Part shown: positions 58,701 through 64,000 of the stretch, one piece after another
Layout of the letters: the number at the start of each line of letters is the position of its first letter
Position numbering within the stretch: the first letter of the stretch is position 1
From: Eledone cirrhosa
Lineage: Eukaryota
Reading direction: 5' to 3'
Assembly: GCA_964016885.1 (NCBI GenBank)
Contig: OZ024742.1
Location: 15,252,001-15,316,000, forward strand
Length of the DNA: 64,000 nt
Position numbers and translations under genes: made by a program
Notes under the pieces: generated by a model
Databases searched by the model: none
The model's input: only the letters and a program-made list of their open reading frames with translations
Told to the model about the DNA's origin: nothing

Positions 58701-59437
58701 CCACTACTGAACAAACTGCACAACACAACACTACTACTGTACAAACTGCACAACGCAACACCAATACTGTCACAACTGCACAACACCACTACTGTACAAA
58801 CTGCACAACACAACACCACTGCTGTACAAACTGCACAACGCCATACCAATACTGTCACAACTGCACAACACAACACCACTACTGTACAAACTGCACAACA
58901 CAACACCACTGCTGTACAAACTGCACAACACAACACCAATACTGTCACAACTGCACAACACAACACCAATACTGTCACAACTGCACAACACAACACCACT
59001 ACTGTACAAACTACACAACACAACACCACTACTGTACAAACTGCACAACACAACACCACTACTGTGCAAACTGCACAACACAACACCACTACTGTACAAA
59101 CTGCACAACACAATACCACTACTGTGCAAACTGCAGACCACTACTGTACAAACTGCACAACACAACACTACTGTACAAACTGCACAACACAATACCACTA
59201 CTGTACAAACTGCACAACACTACTGTACAAACTGCACACCACTACTGTACAAACTGCACAACACAACACCACTACTGTACAAACTGCACACCACTACTGT
59301 ACAAACTGCACACCACTACTGTACAAACTGCACACCACTACTGTACAAACTGCACACCACTACTGTACAAACTGCACACCACTACTGTACAAACTGCACA
59401 ACACAACACCACTACTGTACAAACTGCACACCTCTAC
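34790..59437. repeat. 30/22-bp satellite (CAACACAACACCACTACTGTACAAACTGCA and its 22-bp deletion form), 24.6 kb
   Basis: Tandem periodicity; recurring variant blocks give 3.2-4.1 kb higher-order periods. Confidence 0.99.
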
Positions 59438-59526
59438 CTCTTTCTCTCCAACAAAGCATCTGTCTTGAATACAAAATGTAAAATTAAAACCTTTTTGCCC
59501 TTGTTATCCATCTTGTGTGTTTGCAG

Positions 59527-59629
59527 GCCAAAATCCAGCAACCTGTGAAAACCAAGGATATGCAAGCCATGGGGAATGAACCTCCTGCAAAACGTCAACA
59601 AGTGATGGATGTTCGACAACCCTTGCTTG
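59527..59629 (+). CDS. Internal coding exon [34 protein letters not shown](G); gene unidentified
   Basis: TCTTGTGTGTTTGCAG acceptor. Open in phase 0, compatible with exon 20784-20858. PPAKRQ NLS-like motif. Donor CTTG|GTTTGT; an alternative donor CAA|GTGATG at ~59602 is not excluded. Confidence 0.7.
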
Positions 59630-59660
59630 GTTTGTGTTGTTCACTACTCACCAGTCACTG

Positions 59661-60120
<460 letters not shown>

Positions 60121-60289
60121 ATCATTATCATTTTTGGATCAGGATTTCAAGCTGGCATGGGTTGGATGGGACTTTTTTGAGGCAGTGCGTTATGGTTGAA
60201 TTCTCTTCTTTTAGGTGCCTGTCACAACATGCAGGTATGTGTGTGTGTGTATATATATATGTATATACACATATATATATATATATATA

Positions 60290-60500
60290 AATATACTTTG
60301 GGAATGTCATGCACCTCTTGGATTTCACTTCAATTTATTATTATAACTTCTCAGTTGGTTAGTTTAATAACCGGATGGTTGTTTAGTTGGTGATTGTCAT
60401 CAAAGTTTTTGTCACGCATTCTGTGACCTCCTCAGTGACCACTTTTGTTATTTTGTGTCCTTTGTTCTGTCCTACGCCATCATGTTTTTGTGAGCTGTGT
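60290..60500 (-). mobile_element. Decayed PLE-like terminal fragment with a degenerate hammerhead
   Basis: - strand GTCA-CTGAGGA-GGTCAC-AGAATGC-GTGAC-AAAAAC-TTTGA-TGAC, then AATAAA and a TA tract. Confidence 0.4.
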
Positions 60501-60531
60501 GTGTATATATATATATATACATATATATATT

Positions 60532-60620
60532 TATTAAAATAACAGATTAAAGTTTAAGCAAAGAATCGCTGCTTTCACTCTTGCGATTCTTTGCTTAAAC
60601 TTTAATCTGTTATTTTAATA
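60532..60620. repeat. Perfect 38-bp inverted repeat with 13-nt spacer
   Basis: TATTAAAATAACAGATTAAAGTTTAAGCAAAGAATCGC (60532-60569) and its exact reverse complement (60583-60620). Confidence 0.95.
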
Positions 60621-60710
60621 TATATTTGCTCTAGGGTTCTTATATATTTGATATATATTTATCCTTATCGAGCCTTCTCTGGATTTTAGTCTTCAAATTT
60701 TTATTATTAC

Positions 60711-60745
<35 letters not shown>

Positions 60746-61112
60746 GTTTATATATATATATATATATATACATACACATATCATCATCATCATCACATAC
60801 ATATATACATATAAGGCATTGAATTTGAATGCTCTGTTGAAAGTTTTGCCATATTTGTTCTGACTTTCTTCAGTCTATGTTTAAATCCCACCATGCTCGA
60901 CTTTTCCAACCATACCTTTGCGTTAGATAATTAATACTTTTCCATGCTTTCATGGGTTTGATAGGTCTGCTCTAGTGCAACATCACACCATCTTTTGCAT
61001 ATTTTTCTTGTTTCCTTTGTGAGGTCTTGTGAGATTAGCCATCATTACTTCTCATGTCTTCCTCAGCTATGTACTTCCACTGTTTCCTTTCATTTCAATT
61101 TGTTTGATTATC

Positions 61113-61744
61113 TTTACCCCTCTATCACCTCTACTCCTCTATCACCTCTACCCCTCTATCACCTCTACTCCTCTATCACCTCTACCTCTCTATCACCTCT
61201 ACCTCTCTATCACCTCTACTCCTCTATCACCTCTACCCCTCTATCACCTCTACCCTCTATCACCTCTACCTCTCTATCACCTCTACTCCTCTATCACCTC
61301 TACCCTCTATCACCTTTACCCCTCTATCACCTCTACCTCTCTATCACCTCTACTCCTCTATCACCTCTACCCTCTATCACCTCTACCTCTCTATCACCTC
61401 TACTCCTCTATCACCTCTACCCTCTATCACCTCTACCTCTCTATCACCTCTACCCCTCTACCCCTCTATCACCTCTACCCCTCTATCACCTCTACCCCTC
61501 TATCACCTCTACTCCTCTATCACCTCTACCTCTCTATCACCTCTATCACCTCTACCCCTCTATCACCTCTACCCTCTATCACCTCTACCCCTCTATCACC
61601 TCTACTCCTCTACCCCTCTATCCCTCTATCACCTCTACCCCTCTATCACCTCTATCACCTCTACCCCTCTATCACCTCTACCCCTCTATCACCTCTACCC
61701 TCTATCACCTCTACCCTCTATCACCTCTACCCTCTATCACCTCT
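61113..61744. repeat. 16/17-bp minisatellite (CCTCTATCACCTCTAC[T/C])
   Basis: Tandem periodicity; G-free on the + strand. Confidence 0.97.
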
Positions 61745-61984
61745 TGATAATGATATCAAATGAAACTCAATGTTTCCATTTAGACATTTTATTTACAATG
61801 TCTTCATTTGTGCTGACATATTGCTTTTGTGATCTAACAGACCTCACATTTCTGATCCTCTCAGTGTGTATATATATATATATATATATATTTGCTCTAT
61901 GGTTCTTGTATATTTGATATATATATTTATCCTTATCGAGCCCTCTCTGGATTTTAGTCTTCAAATTTATTATTATTACTATAT

Positions 61985-61986
<2 letters not shown>

Positions 61987-62042
<56 letters not shown>
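61987..62042. repeat. (CA)n microsatellite
   Basis: Pure CA run. Confidence 0.97.
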
Positions 62043-62047
<5 letters not shown>

Positions 62048-62060
62048 TGCATATATATAA

Positions 62061-62177
62061 CCCTGGAATGGACTGGTGTCGTATCCAGGGGGGAGTCTTG
62101 TACTCTCAGTTGCTTCACGCCATAAAACCAGGATATGCACCGGCCTGATGAGCATCGTCGCTCGATACAGACTTTAA
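62061..62177 (+). mobile_element. 3' part of a SINE (MetaSINE-like, from memory)
   Basis: CCCTGGAATGGACTGGTGTCGTATCCAGGGGGAG...GTTGCTTCACGCCATAAAACCAGGATATGCACCGGCCTGATGAG...CAGACTTTA resembles widespread metazoan SINE 3' regions. Confidence 0.55.
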
Positions 62178-62689
62178 AGTGTAATATGTTTCTAGATACA
62201 CTACAAGAGTTATCTTGAGTCCTCCCTTGGTCTCTACTCAGAAGACCACGTAAACCATATTTGTGCCAATAACAGAGATCATGTTTATCATATTTAACCC
62301 CAAGTTATCCACCAAATATTTAGAACTTCCGATGTTATCACATAACATACTAGACATGAAGGCTCAAACTTCACTATGTGGCAGCTGTTCATCATCATTG
62401 TTGTTGTTTTTACTATTGTTGTTGTTATTATTGATGGTTTTTACTGTAAAATATGATTGCTGGGTCATCTATTCTGTTTAGTCTCAACGAGGACCTTATA
62501 TAGACTACCTTTCTGTATTCAGACCTGGAGAGGAGATGGGCTCCGCCAGGTTTAAAAGTGCCGTATGTCAATATCGCACCTCTACGACTCCCTCAGGAGT
62601 TACAGCTCCATACCATACATACTTTTCTGAGTATATTATTATTATTATTATGATTATCATTGTTATTATTATTGTTGTTATTATTATCA

Positions 62690-62902
62690 TAGCGCTGGAT
62701 TGGACAAAATGCTTTGTGGCATTCAGTTACGACCCTTCATTTTTCTGAGTTCAAATCCCACTGAGGTCAACTTTTCCTTTCATCTTTTTGGTGTTGATAA
62801 AAATAAAGTATCAGTCATGTACTGGGGTTAATGCAATCAACTTTTTCCTCCCTCCTCCCCCAAATGTTTGGCCTCGTGCCCAAATTGTAAATCATTATTA
62901 TT
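62690..62902 (+). mobile_element. tRNA-derived SINE copy
   Basis: GAGTTCAAATCCCACTGAGGTCAACTTTTCCTTTCATC...GATAAAAATAAAGTATCAG...GGCCTCGTGCCCAAATTG; preceded by an (ATT)n tract. Confidence 0.8.
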
Positions 62903-63097
62903 TTTAATGTCAAGGGTGATGGAAATTGAGGCTTTGTGCCAGTGACCAATTTTATCTCTTTATTGGAGAACCAAAATGTTTTGTGGTATTTAGCTATTAT
63001 ATTCTTCATGTTCTGAATCGAAACCTCACCGAATTCCATTTTGCTTTCAACCTTTCTAGGTCATTAAAATGAGCACCCTTAATATGCAGGAGTCAGT

Positions 63098-63325
63098 TTA
63101 ACCCTTTAGCATTTACATAACTCTGTATATACTATTATATTTACTATTTTAAAAGCGTTACATCTCATAGTTATCTCACATAAGATCAAATCTATGAGAT
63201 TTTGATATTTTTTTTTGAGAACAATACTTCAACATATGTATGAGTTGCCGGTTACAGCTGGTTTGAACAGAAGCAGGTGAGAGAATTCTGGCTGGATATG
63301 ACCTGTTTAAATGCTAAAGGGTTAA
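63098..63325. mobile_element. piggyBac-type MITE family A nested in a decayed SINE
   Basis: TTAA-CCCTTTAGCATTTA...TAAATGCTAAAGGG-TTAA; SINE body upstream (~63040-63097) and tail downstream (GGCCTTGCGCC ~63360). Confidence 0.85.
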
Positions 63326-64000
63326 TCTGATCTGCATGTCTCCCTCCTTGGAAATTTGTGGCCTTGCGCCATTATATATATTTTTTGAAAATATCATATT
63401 TACATATTTACACATCTTCCTTATCACTATCACCATCATTGTCATCGTCTTCATTGGGGTGAGTGAGTTGACAAAACATGGTAGGTTGATAAGATAGCTA
63501 TGTATGACTATATATATATTTTGTATATTTATATATATATCGTCACCACCGTTTAACATCCATTTTTCTACACATATATATATAAAACCAGACACACACA
63601 TGCATATATAGATACCCACCCACCCACACACTTATTTATATAGAGAGACAGCTGGTGATTCACTCTTTTGCTACCTGGTTTTTCCTGCCATGTGTAAGCC
63701 GTCAGGCAGCACTGTGGTGAACGTGTATTGTATGGCCAGGAGTGGTTAGGTGAAAGATTTTGTGAAGAATGTGCTTATGTTCCCAAACCAATGTTTCAAT
63801 AATGAAGTACTGATCCATACTTTTTGCAGAATCTGATGTTACAAAAAATAGAATGTCCTGATATAAGTGAATAAGTTGGATTATTGCAGGAAAGAACCAT
63901 TGGCTTAGAATGAACTCTTCTACATGTATTGAGTGCTTTTTATCCATTTTATGCATTCTTCTATATAACATAATTATGTATTGTCTGTGGGCATCGCAAT

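Noticed and set aside
34742-59548. Mucin-like (TAQHNTTTVQ) or Cys/His-rich (HHYCTNCTTQ) ORFs
   Set aside because: All frames on both strands are open and 22/30-bp unit switches shift the frame constantly; satellite artefact
60995-61763. SITSTPLSPLPLYHLY-repeat ORFs
   Set aside because: Translation of the G-free 16/17-bp minisatellite
62140-62175. Hammerhead-like CTGATGAGC...GCTCGATAC
   Set aside because: GATAC instead of GAAAC, helix II out of register and no helix I/III; part of a SINE 3' region
63702-63971. 89-aa ORF in non-repetitive sequence
   Set aside because: No recognisable domain or splice signals in the frames examined; could be a decayed transposon fragment but this cannot be supported without a search

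Overview
Eukaryotic, AT-rich, repeat-dominated DNA. The SINE families, TTAA MITEs and long (TA)n tracts suggest an octopus or other cephalopod genome; this is inferred from recalled repeat motifs and is not verified. About 44 kb of the 64 kb is tandem repeat: a 20-bp satellite (6333-19338), an 8/16-bp satellite (28291-34420) and a 30/22-bp satellite (34790-59437). Almost all ORFs in the supplied track are translations of these repeats or of microsatellites. Two phase-compatible + strand coding exons (20784-20858 and 59527-59629) point to an unidentified gene with a ~38.7-kb intron that is ~80% satellite. The most notable structure is a set of (TA)n-embedded inverted-repeat elements carrying minimal type I hammerhead-ribozyme motifs: a near-intact inverted pair at 2050-2206/3735-3891, a split copy at 1514-1766 and a decayed copy at 60396-60439. 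These resemble non-autonomous Penelope-like or retrozyme-like elements. The 13-kb satellite and a 50-bp minisatellite appear to have expanded from inside copies of the local tRNA-derived SINE, whose TSDs all start at an ATTAT motif. No prokaryotic features, CRISPR arrays, rRNA genes or intact tRNA genes were found.
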